Shown here piece after piece: positions 42,231-55,700 of a stretch of DNA of 64,000 bases. Position 1 is the first letter of the stretch, and every line of letters starts with the position of its first letter. A program made the translations under genes and the position numbers. Below the pieces are notes generated by a model. That model ran no database searches, had not been told where the DNA came from, and saw nothing but the letters and a program-made list of their open reading frames with translations. Source of the DNA: the human T2T-CHM13v2.0 reference genome, Homo sapiens; assembly GCF_009914755.1 (NCBI RefSeq), contig NC_060933.1. One strand, 5' to 3'.

Positions 42231-45200
42231 GCTTTGCATTCCGTTCCATTCCATTCCTTTTCATTGTATTCGGGTTAATTCCATTGCATTCCATTCCATT
42301 CCTTTCCATTCCATTCCATTCCATTACAATGGAGTTGATTCCATTCCATTCCATTCCATTCCATTCCATTCCAGTCCTTTCCATTCCATTCCACTCGGGT
42401 TGATTCCATTCTATTAGTTTCCATTCCATTCCATTCCCTTCCATTCCACTCTGGTTGATTCCATTCCTTTCCATTTCACTCGAATACATTCCCTCCTATT
42501 CCACTCGGAACGATTCCATTCCATTCCATTCCATTCCATTCCATTCCATTCCATTCCATTTCGTTCCATTCCATTCTATTCCGTACCATTCCATTCCATT
42601 CCATTCCATTCCATTCCATTCTACTCGTGTTGATTACATTCCTTTCCATTGCATTCAGTTTGAAGGCATTCCATTCCATTCCATTCCATTCCATTCCATT
42701 CCATTCCATTCCATTACATTACATTCCATTCCATTGTACTCGGGTTGATTCCGTTCCATTGCATTCCATTCCATTCCATTCCATTCCATTCCATTCCATT
42801 CCATTCCATTCCATTCCATTCCGGATGATTCCATTCCATTGCATTCCATTCCATTCCATTCCCCAGCACTCGGGTTGATTACGTTCCATTCCCTTCCCTT
42901 CCATTCCTTTCCATTCCATTCCATTCCATTCTATTCGGGTGAATTCCATTCCATTCCATTCCATTCCATTCCATTCCTTTCCATTCCATTCCATTGCAAT
43001 CGAGTTGAATCCATTCCATTCCATTCCATTCCGTTCCGGATGATTCCATTCCATTGCATTCCATTCCATTCCATTCCCCTGCAGTCGGTTTGATTCCTTT
43101 CCACTCCATTCCATTCCATTCCATTTCATTCCATACCATTCCATTCCCCTGCAGTCGGTATGATTCCTTTCCATTCCATTCCATTCCGTTCCATTACATT
43201 CCATTCTGTTCCATTGCATTCCATTCCATTCTATTCGGGTTAATTCCATTCCATTCCTTTCCATTCCATTCCAATCGAGTTAATTCCATTCCATTGCATT
43301 CCATTCCACTCCATTCCAGTCCTTTCCATTCCATTCCACTCGGGTTGATTCCATTCTATTCCTTTCCATTCCATTCCATTGCAATCGAGTTGATTCCATT
43401 CCATTGCATTCCATTCCATTCCATTCCATTCCATTCCATTCCATTCCAATACTTTCGGATTGATTCTATTCAATTCCCTTACACTCCATTACATTCCATT
43501 CCATTCGGGTAGTTTCCATTCCATTCCATTCCATTCCTCTCCATTCCATTGCACTCGGGTTGATTCCATTCCATTCCATGCCATTCCATGCCATTCCATT
43601 CCATTCCATTCCATTCCATTCCGGATGATTCCATTCTATTGAATTCCATTCCATTCCATTCCCCTGCACTTGGGTTGACTCCATTCCATTCCATTCCATT
43701 ACTTTCAGTTCCATTCCATTCCTTTCCATTCCATTCCATTCCATTCCATTCCATTCTATTCGTGTTAATTCCATTCCATTCCATTGAAATCGAGTTGATT
43801 CCATTCCATTCCATTCCATTCCATTCCATTCCATTCCATTCCGGATGATTCCATTCCATTACATTCCAATCCATTCCATTCCCCTGCACTCGGGTTGAAT
43901 CCATTCCTTTCCATTCCATTACATTCCGTTCCATTCCATTCCATTCCATTCTATTCGGGTTAATTCCATTCCATTCCATTCCACTCCATTCCAGTCCTTT
44001 CAATTCCATTCCACTCGGGTTGATTCCATTCTATTCCTTTCCATTCCATTCCATTCCATTGCAATCGAGTTGATTCCATTCGAGTTGAATCCATTCCATT
44101 CCATTCCATTCCATTACATTGCACACGGGTTCATTCCATTCCATTCCATTCCATTCCATTCCATTCCATTTCATTCCATTCCATTCTATTCCGTACCATT
44201 CCATTCCATCCCATTCCATTCCATCCCATTCCATTCCATGCCATTACACTCGGGTTGATTCCATTCCTTTCCATTCCATTCTTGTTGAATCCATTCCATT
44301 CCATTCCATTCCATTCGTATCCATTCCATTGCACTCGGGTTGATTCCATTCCATTCCATTCCATTCCATTCCATTTCATTCCATTCCATTCCATTAAATT
44401 CGGATTGATTCTATTCAATTCCCTTACACTCCATTCCATTCCATTCCATTCGGGATGTTTCCATTCCTTTCCATTCCATTCCACTCCATTCCATTGCATT
44501 GGGTTGATTGCATTCCATTCCATTCCATTCCATTCAGGATGATTCCATTCCATTGCATTCCATTCCATTCCATTCCCCTGCACTCGGGTTGATTACATTC
44601 CACTCCATTCCCTTCCATTCCCTTCCATTCCATTCCATTGCTATCGAGTTGATTCCATACCATTCCATTCCATTCCATTCCATTCCATTCCATTCCATTC
44701 CGGATGATTCCATTCCATTGCATTCCATTCCATTCCATTCCCCTGCACTCGGGTTGATTCCATTCCATTTCATTCCATTACATTCCGTTCCATTCCATTC
44801 CATTCCATTCTATTCGGGTTAATTCCATTCCATTCCATTCCATTCCATTCCATTGTAATCGAGTTGATTCCATTCCATTCCATTCCATTGCAATCGATTT
44901 GATTCCATTCCATTCCATTCCATTCCAGTCCATTCCAGTCCTTTGCATTCCATTCCACTCGGGTTGATTCCATTCTATTCCATTCCATTCCATTTCATTC
45001 CATTCCATTCCATTACATTCGGACTGATTCTATTCAATTCCCTTACACTCCATTACATTCCATTCCATTCGGGATTTTTCCATTCCATTCCATTCCATTC
45101 CATTCCATTCCATTCCATTCCATTGCATCGGGTTCATTCCATTCCATTCCATTCCATTCCATTCCGGATGATTCCATTCCATTGCATTCAATTCCATTCC

Positions 45201-45836
45201 ATTCCCCTGCACTCGGGTTGAATCCACGCGATTCCATTCCATTCCATTCCATTCCATTCCATTCCATTGCAATCGAGTTGATTCCATTCCATTCCATTCC
45301 GTTCCGTTCCGGATGATTCCATTCCATTGCGTTCCATTACATTCCATTCCCGTGCAGTCGGGTTTATTCCATTCCATTCCATTCCATTCCATTCCGTTCC
45401 ATTCCATTCCATTCCATTCTATTCGGGTTAATTCCATTCCATTCCATTCCATTCCATTCAAATTCCATTCCACTCCATTCCATTCCATTCCATTCCATTC
45501 CATTCCATTCCATTCCGGATGATTCCATTCCATTGCATTCCCTTCCATTACATTCCCCAGCACTCGCGTTGATTCCATTCCATTCCATTCCATTCCATTC
45601 AATTCCATTCCATTACAATTCCTTCCATTCCATTCTATTCCGTACCATTCCATTCCATTCCATACCATTCCATTCCATTCCATTCCATTCCGTTCAATTC
45701 CGTTCCATTCCATTCCATTCCATTCTATTCGGGTTAATTCCATTCCATTCCATTCCATTCCATTCCATTCTATTCCATTCCATTGCAATCGAGTTGAATC
45801 CATTGCATTTCATTCCTTTCCATTCCATTCCATTCC

Positions 45837-45851
45837 ATTCCGGAAGATTCT
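45837..45851 (-). promoter_or_regulatory. Perfect three-unit heat shock element; first of about 16 copies on the inverted arm
   Basis: aTTCc gGAAg aTTCt. Others near 47274, 48324, 50944, 51204, 52803, 53357, 53642, 55460, 56727, 57595, 58285, 59729, 60607, 62444, 63102. Confidence 0.7.
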
Positions 45852-48800
45852 ATTCCATTGCATTCCATTCCATTCCATTCCCCTGCACTCGCTTTGTTTC
45901 CATTCCATTCCATTCCATTCCATTCCATACATTCCGTTCCGTTCCATTCCATTCCATTCCATTCCATTCCATTCCATTCCGTTCCGTCCCATTCCATTCC
46001 ATTCCATTCTATTCGGGTTAATTCCATTCCATTCCACTCGATTGCAATCGAGTTGATTCCATTCCATTCCATTCCATTCTATTCCATTCCATTCCTTTCC
46101 ATTCCATTCCTTTCCATTCCATTACGGATGATTCCATTCCATTCCCCTGTTCTCGGGTTGATTCCATTCCTTTCCATTCCAATCCATGCCATTCCACTCT
46201 TGTTGATTCCATTTTTTCCATTCCATTCAAGTTGAATCCATTCCATTGCATTCCATTCCATTCGATTCCATTCGATTGCACTCGGGTTGATTCCATTCCA
46301 TTGCATTCCATTCCATTCCATTCCATTCCATTCCATTCCGTTCCATTCCATTCCATTACATTCGGATTGATTCTATTCAATTCCCTTACACTCCATTACA
46401 TTCCTTTCCATTCGGGTAGTTTCCATTCCATTCCATTCCATTCCTCTCCATTCCATTGCACTCGGGTTGATTCCATTCCATTCCATTCCATTCCATACCA
46501 TTCCATTCCATTCCATTGTACTCGGGTTGATTCCATTCCATTGCATTCCATTCCATTCCATTCCATTCCATTCCTTTCCATTCCATTACGGATGATTCCA
46601 TTCCATTGCATTCCATTCCAATCCATTCCCCTGCACTCGCGTTGATTCCATTCCATTCCATTCCTTTCCGTTCCATTCCATTCCATTCCATTCCATTCCA
46701 TTCTATTCGGGTTAATTCCATTCCATTCCATTCGATTGCAATCGAGTTGATTGCATTCCATTCCATTCCAATCCATGCCCTTCCACTCGTGTTGATTCCA
46801 TTCTTTCCATTCCATTCAAGTTGAATCCATTCCATTGCATTCCATTCCATTCGATTCCATTCGATTGCACTCGGGTTGATTCCATTCCATTCCATTCCAT
46901 TCCATTCCGTTCCATTCCATTCCATTCCATTCCAGATGATTCCATTCCATTGCATTCCGTTCCATTTCATTCCCCTGCACTCGCGTTGGTTCCATTCCAT
47001 TCCATTCCATTCCATTCAATTCCATTCCATTACAATTCGTTCCACTCCATTCTATTCCGTACCATTCCATTCCATAACATACCATTCCATTCCATTCCAT
47101 TCCATTCCATTCCATTCCATTCCGTTGCATTCCGTTCCATTCCATTCCATTCCATTCCATTCTATTCGGGTTAATCCCATTCCATTCCATTCCATTCCAT
47201 TCTATTCCATTCCATTGCAATCGTGTTGAATCCATTGCATTTCATTCCATTCCATTCCATTCCATTCCATTCCATTCCGGAAGATTCCATTCCATTGCAT
47301 TCTATTCCATGCCATTCAACTGCACTCGCGTTGATTCCATTCCATTCCATTCCATTCCATTCCATTCCATTCAATTCCGTTCCGTTCCGTTCTGTTCCAT
47401 TCCATTCCATTCCATTCCATTCCATTCCGTTCCGTTCCATTCCATTCCATTCCATTCTATTCGGGTTAATTCCATTCCATTCCATTCGATTTCATTCGTG
47501 TTGATTCCATTCCATTCCATTCCATTCCATTCAATTCCATTCCATTCCATTTCATTCCTTTCCATTGCATTACGGATGATTCCATTCCATTGCATTCCAT
47601 TCCATTCCATTCCCCTGTACTCGAGTTGATTCCATTGCTTTGCATTCCATTCCATTCCATTCCATTCCGGATGATTCCATTCCATTGCATTCCATTCCAT
47701 TCCATTCCCCTGCAGTCGGGTTGATTCCATTCCATTCCATTCCATTCCATTCCATTCCATTCCATTCCGTTCCGTTCCGTTCCGTTCCATTCCATTCCTT
47801 TCCATTCTATTCGGGTTAATTCCATTCCATTCCATTCCATTCCATTCCATTCCATTACAGTCGAGTTGATTCCATTCCATTCCATTCCATTCCATTCCAT
47901 TACATTCCAGTCCTTTCCATTCCTTTCCACTCGGGTTGATTCCATTCTATTAGTTTCCATTCCATTCCATTCCCTTCCATTCCACTCTGGTTGATTCCAT
48001 TCCTTTCCATTCCACTCGAATACATTCCCTCCTATTCCACTCGGAACGATTCCATTCCATTCCATTCCATTCCATTCCATTCCATTCCATTCCAGTTCGT
48101 TTGATTCCATTCTATTCCATACCATTCCATTCCATTCCATTCCTTTCCATTCCATTCCTTTCCACTCGTGTTGATTCCATTCCATTCCATTCCATTCGGT
48201 TTGAAGGCATTCCATTCCATTCAATTCCATTCCATTCCACTCCATTCCATTCCATTCTATTCCATTCCATTGCAATCGAGTTGAATCCATTGCCTTTCAT
48301 TCCATTCCATTCCATTCCATTCCATTCCGGAAGATTCCATTCCATTGCATTCCATTCCATTCCATTCCCCTGCACTCGCGTTGATTCCATTCCATTCCAT
48401 TCCATTCCATTCCGTTCCGTTCCATTCCATTCCATTCCATTCCGTTCCGTTGCATTCCACTCCATTCCATGCTATTCGGGTTAATTCCATTCCATTCCAT
48501 TCGATTGCCATCGAGTTGATTCCATTCCATTCCATTGCATTCCATTCCATTCCATTCCATTCCATTCCACTCCATTCGGTTCCGTTGCATTCCATTCTAT
48601 TGCATTCCATTCTATTCGGGTTAATTCCATTCCATTCTATTCCATTCCATTCCATTCCATTCCATTGCAATGGAGTTGATTCCATTCCATTCCATTCCAT
48701 TCCGGATGATTCCATTACATTGCATTCCATTCCATTCCATTCCCCTGCATTCGTGATGATTCCATTCCCTTCCATTCCATTCCATTCCGTTCCATTCCAT

Positions 48801-49599
48801 TCCATTCCATTCTATTCCGGTTAATTCCATTCCATTCCATTCCATTCCATTGCAATCGAGTTGATTCCATGCCATTCCTTTCCATTCCATTCCATTGCCT
48901 TGCATTCCACTCGGGTTGATTCCATTCCCTTCTTTCCACTCTATTACATTCCCTTCCATTCCACTCGGAATGATTGATTCCATTCCATTCCATTCCATTT
49001 CATTCCATTGCAATCCATTCAAATCCATTCCATTCCATTCCATTCCACTCGAGTTGACTTCATTCCATTCCTTTCCATTCCATTCCATTCATTTCCACTC
49101 GAGTTGATTCCATTCCATTCCATTCCATTGCATTCCATTCCATGCCATTCCACTCGGGTTGATTCCATTCCTTTGCATTCCATTCCATTCCATTCCATTC
49201 CATTCCATTCCGTTGCATTCCATTCCATTACATTCGGATTGATTCTATTCAACTCCATTACTGTCCATTACATTCCATTCCATACGGGTTGTTCCATTCC
49301 ATTCCATTCCATTCCACTCCATTCCATTGCACTCGGGTTGATTCCATTCCATTCCATTCCTTTCCATTCCATTCCGGATGATTCCATTCCATTGCATTCC
49401 GTTCCATTACATTCCCCTGCACTCGCGTTGATTCCATTCCATTCCATTCCATTCCATTCAATTCCATTCCATTACAATTCGTTCCATTCCATTCTATTCC
49501 GTACCATTCCATTCCATTCCATACCATTCCATTCCATTCCATTCCATTCCATTCCGTTCCATTCCGTTCCATTCCATTCCATTCTATTCGGGTTAATTC

Positions 49600-52500
49600 C
49601 ATTCCATTCCATTCCATTCCGGATGATTCCATTCCATTGCATTCCATTCCATTCCATTCCCCTGCACTCGGGTTGATTCCATTCCATTCCACTCCATTCC
49701 ATTCCATTCCATTCCATTCCGTTGTATTCGGGTTAATTCCATTCCATTCCATTCCATTCCATTCCATTCCATTCCATTCCAATCCATTCCAATCGAGTTG
49801 ATTCCATTCCATTCCATTCCATTCCATTCCATTCCATTCCAGTCCTTTCCATTCCATTCCACTCGGGTTGATTCCATTCTATTAGTTTCCATTCCATTCC
49901 ATTCCCTTCCATTCCACTCTGGTTGATTCCATTCCTTTCCATTCCACTCGAATACATTCCCTCCTATTCCACTCGGAACGATTCCATTCCATTCCATTCC
50001 ATTCCATTCCATTCCATTCCATTTCATTCCATTCCATTCTATTCCGTACCATTCCATTCCATTCCATTCCTTTCCATTCCATTCCATTCCAATCGTGTTG
50101 ATTCCATTCCTTTCCATTCCATTCGGTTTGAAAGCATTCCATTCCATTCAATTCCACTCCATTCCATTCCATTCCATTCCATTCCATTCCATTGTACTCG
50201 GGTTGATTCCATTCCATTGCATTCCATTGCATTCCATTCCATTCCATTCCATTCCATTCCATTCCATTCCGTTGCATTCCATTCCATTACATTCGGATTG
50301 ATTCTATTCAAATCCCTTACTCTCCATTACATTCCATTCCATTCGGGTTGTTCCATTCCATTCCATTCCATTCCACTCCATTCCATTGCACTCGGGTTGA
50401 TTCCATTCCATTCCATTCCATTCCATTCCGGATGATTCCATTCCATTCCATTCCATTCCATTCCATTCCATTTCGTTCCATTCCATTCTATTCCGTATCA
50501 TTCCATTCCATTCCATTCCATTCCATTCCATTCCATTCCATTCCATTGTACTCGGGTTGATTCCATTCCATTGCATTCCATTCCATTCCATTCCATTCCA
50601 TTCCATTCCATTCCGTTCCATTCCATTCCATTACATTCGGATTGATTCTATTCAATTCCCTTACACTCCATTACATTCCATTCCATTCGGGTAGTTTCCA
50701 TTCGATTCCATTCCATTCCTCTCCATTCCATTGCACTCGGGTTGATTCCATTCCATTGCATTCCATTCCATTCCATTCAATTCCATTCCGTTCCATTCCA
50801 TTCCATTACATTCGGAATGATTCTATTCAACTCCCTTACTCTCCATTCCATTCCATTCCATTCGGGTTGTTCCATTCCATTCCATTCCATTCCACTCCAT
50901 TCCATTGCACTCGGGTTGATTCCATTCCATTCCATTCCATTCCATTCCGGAAGATTCCATTCCATTGCATTCCATTACGTTCCATTCCCCTGCAATCGCG
51001 TTGATTCCATTCCATTCCATTCCATTCCATTCCGTTCCATTCCTTTCCTTGCCGTTCCATTCCATTCCATTCCATTCCGTTCCGTTCCGTTCCGTTCCAT
51101 TCCATTCCATTCCATTCCATTCTATTCGGGTGAATTCCATTCCATTCCATTCGATTGCAATCGAGTTGATTCCATTCCATTCCATTCCATTCCATTCCAT
51201 TGCATTCCGGAAGATTCCATTCCATTGCATTCCATTCCATTCCATTCCCCTGCACTCGCTTTGATTCCATTCCATTCTATTCCATTCCATTGCATTCCAT
51301 TCCGTTCCGTTCCGTTCCATTCCATTCCGTTCCATTCCATTCCGTTCCGTTCCGTTCCATTCCATTCCATTCCATTCTATTCGGGTTAATTCCATTCCAT
51401 TCCATTCCATTTCAATCGAGTAGATTCCATTCCATTCCATTCCATTCCATTCCATTCCATTCCATTCTATTCGGGATAATTCCATTCCATTCCATTCCAT
51501 TCCATTCCAATCGAGTTGATTCCATTCCATTCCATTCCATTCCATTCCATTCCACTCCATTCCAGTCCTTTCCATTCCATTCCACTCGGGTTGATTCCAA
51601 TGTATTCCTTTCCATTCCATTCCATTCCATTGCAATCGAGTTGATTCCATTGCTTTGCATTCCATTCCATTCCATTCCATTCCGGATGATTCCATTCCAT
51701 TGCATTCCATTCCATTACATTCCCCTGCACTCGGGTTGATTCCATTCCATTCCACTCCATTCCATTCCATTCCATTCCATTCCGTTGTATTCGGGTTAAT
51801 TCCATTCCATTCCATTCCATTCCATTCCATTCCATTCCATTCCAATCCATTACAATCGAGTTGATTCCATTCCATTCCATTCCATTCCATTCCAGTCCTT
51901 TCCATTCCATTCCACTCGGGTTGATTCCATTCTATTAGTTTCCATTCCATTCCATTCCCTTCCATTCCACTCTGATTGATTCCATTCCTTTCCATTCCAC
52001 TCGAATACATTCCCTTCTATTCCACTCGGAACGATTCTATTCCATTCCATTCCATTCCATTCCATTCCGTTCCATTTCGTTCCATTCCATTCTATTCCGT
52101 ACCATGCCATTCCATTCCATTCCTTTCCATTCCATTCCATTCCACTCGTGTTGATTCCATTCCTTTCCATTCCATTCGGTTTGAAAGCATTCCATTCCAT
52201 TCAATTCCACTCCATTCCATTCCATTCCATTCCATTCCATTCCATTGAACTCGGGTTGATTCCATTCCATTGCATTCCATTCCATTTCATTCCATTCCAT
52301 TGCATTCCATTCCATTCCATTCCGTTGCATTCCATTCCATTACATTCGGATTGATTCTATTCAACTCCCTTACTCTCCATTACTTTCCATTCCATTCGGG
52401 TTGTTCCATTCCATTCCATTTCATTCCACTCCATTCCATTGCACTCGGGTTGATTCCATTCCATTCCATTCCATTCCATTCTGGATGATTCCATTCCATT

Positions 52501-55500
52501 GCATTCCGTTACATTACATTCCCTTGCACTCGCGTTGATTCCATTGCATTCCATTCCATTCCATTCAATTCCATTCCATTACAATTCGTTGCAATCCATT
52601 CTATTCCGTAACATTCCATTCCATTCCATACAATTCCATTCCATTCCATTCCATTCCATTCCATTCCGTTCCATTCCGTTCCATTCCATTCCATTCCATT
52701 CTATTCGGGTTAATTCCATTCCATTCTATTCCATTCCATACTATTCCATTCCATTGCAATCGAGTTGAATCCATTGCATTTCATTCCATTCCATTCCATT
52801 CCATTCCGGAAGATTCCATTCCATTGCATTCCATTCCATTCCATTCCCCTGCACACGCGTTGATTCCATTCCATTCCATTCCATTCCATTCCGTTCCGTT
52901 CCGTTCCGTTCCATTCTATTCCATTCCGTTCCGTTCCATTCCATTCCATTCCATTCTATTTGGGTTAATTCCATTCCATTCCATTCGATTGCAATCGAGT
53001 TGATTCCATTCCATTCCATTCCATTCCGTTCCATTCCATTCCATTACATTCGGATTGATTCTATTCAATTCCCTTACACTCCATTACATTCCATTCCATT
53101 CGGGTAGTTTCCATTCGATTCCATTCCATTCCTCTCCATTCCATTGCACTCGGGTTGATTCCATTCCATTGCATTCCATTCCATTCCATTCAATTCCATT
53201 CCATTCCATTCCATTCCATTACATTCGGAATGATTCTATTCAACTCCCTTACTCTCCATTACATTCCATTCCATTCGGGTTGTTCCATTCCATTCCATTC
53301 CATTCCACTCCATTCCATTGCACTCGGGTTGATTCCATTCCATTCCATTCCATTCCATTCCGGAAGATTCCATTCCATTGCATTCCATTACATTCCATTC
53401 CCCTGCACTCGCGTTGATTCCATTCCATTCCATTCCATTCCATTCCGTTCCATTCCATTCCTTTCCGTTCCATTCCATTCCATTCCATTCCATTCCATTC
53501 CGTTCCGTTCCGTTCCGTTCCGTTCCATTCCATTCCATTCCATTCTATTCGGGTTAATTCCATTCCATTCCCTTCGATTGCAATCGAGTTGATTCCATTC
53601 CATTCCATTCCATTCCATTCCATTCCATTCCATTCCATTGCATTCCGGAAGATTCCATTCCATTGCATTCCATTCCATTCCATTCCCCTGCACTCGCGTT
53701 GATTCCATTCCATTCCATTCCATTCCATTCCATTCCATTCCGTTCCGTTCCGTTCCATTCCGTTCCGTTCCATTCCATTCCCTTCCGTTCCGTTCCATTC
53801 CATTCCATTCCATTCTATTCGGGTTAATTCCATTCCATTCCATTCCATTGCAATCGAGTTGATTCCATTCCATTCCATTCCATTCCATTCCATTCCATTC
53901 CATTCCTTTGCATTCCATTACGGATGATTCCATTCCATTGCATTCCATTCCATTCCATTCCCCTGTACTCGGGTTGATTCCATTCCATTCCATTCCAATC
54001 CATGCCATTCCACTCGTGTTGATTCCATTCTTTCCATTCCATTCAAGTTGAATCCATTCCATTGCATTCCATTCCATTCCATTCCCCTTCAGTCGGGTTG
54101 ATTCCATTCCATTCCATTCCATTCCATTCCATTCCATTCCATTCCATTCCAATCGAGTTGATTCCATTCCATTCCATTCCATTCCATTCCATTCCATTCC
54201 ACTCCTTTCCAGTCCTTTCCATTCCATTCCACTCGGGTTGATTCCAATGTATTCCTTTCCATTCCATTCCATTCCATTGCAATCGAGTTGATTCCATTGC
54301 TTTGCATTCCATTCCATTCCATTCCATTCCGGATGATTCCATTCCATTGCATTCCATTCCATTCCATTCCCCTGCACTCGGGTTGATTCCATTCCATTCC
54401 ACTCCATTCCATTCCATTCCATTCCATTCCGTTGTATTCGGGTTAATTCCATTCCATTCCATTCCATTCCATTCCATTCCAATCCATTACAATCGAGTTG
54501 ATTCCATTCCATTCCATTCCATTCCATTCCATTCCATTCCATTCCATTCCAGTCCTTTCCATTCCATTCCACTCGGGTTGATTCCATTCTATTAGTTTCC
54601 ATTCCATTCCATTCCCTTCCATTCCACTCTGGTTGATTCCATTCCTTTCCATTCCTCTCGAATACATTCCCTCCTATTCCACTCGGAACGATTCTATTCC
54701 ATTCCATTCCATTCCATTTCGTTCCATTCCATTCTATTCCGTACCATTCCATTCCATTCCATTCCTTTCCATTCCATTCCATTCCACTCGTGTTGATTCC
54801 ATTCCTTTCCATTCCATTCGGTTTGAAAGCATTCCATTCCATTCAATTCCACTCCATTCCATTCCATTCCATTCCATTTCATTCCATTCCATTCCATTGA
54901 ACTCGTGTTGATTCCATTCCATTGCATTCCATTCCATTCCATTCCATTCCATTCCATTCCTTTCCATTCCATTCCGTTGCATTCCATTCCATTACACTCG
55001 GATTGATTCCATTCAACTCCCTTACTCTCCATTACATTCCATTCCATTCGGGTTGTTCCATTCCTTTCCATTCCATTCCACTCCATTCCATTGCACTCGG
55101 GTTGATTCCATTCCATTCCATTCCATTCCATTCCGGATGATTCCATTCCATTGCATTCCGTTCCATTACATTCCCTTGCACTCACGTTGATTCCATTCCA
55201 TTCCATTCCATTCCATTCCATTCCATTCCATTCCATTACAATTCGTTCCATTCCATTCTATTCCGTACCATTCCATTCCATTCCATACCATTCCATTCCA
55301 TTCCATTCCATTCCATTCCATTCCGTTCCATTCCGTTCCAATCCATTCCATTCCATTCTATTCGGGTTAATTCCATTCCATTCCATTCCATTCCATTCTA
55401 TTCCATTCCATTGCAATCGAGTTGAATCCATTGCATTTCATTCCATTCCATTCCATTCCATTCCGGAAGATTCCATTCCATTGCATTCCATTCCATTCCA

Positions 55501-55700
55501 TTCCCCTGCACTCGCGTTGATTCCATTCCATTCCATTCCATTCCATTCCGTTCCGTTCCGTTCCTTTCCATTCCATTCCATTCCATTCCATTCCATTCCG
55601 TTCCGTTCCATTCCATTCCATTCCATTCTATTTGGGTTAATTCCATTTCATTCCATTCGATTGCAATCGAGTTGATTCCATTCCATTCCATTCCATTCCA
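49600..55700 (-). repeat. Irregular tandem triplication (offsets about 2.05, 2.41 and 2.65 kb)
   Basis: TTTGAAAGCATT at about 50127, 52180, 54822; GTTGTATTCGGG at about 49721, 51784, 54431; TTCGGAATGATT at about 50811, 53224. Confidence 0.8.
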
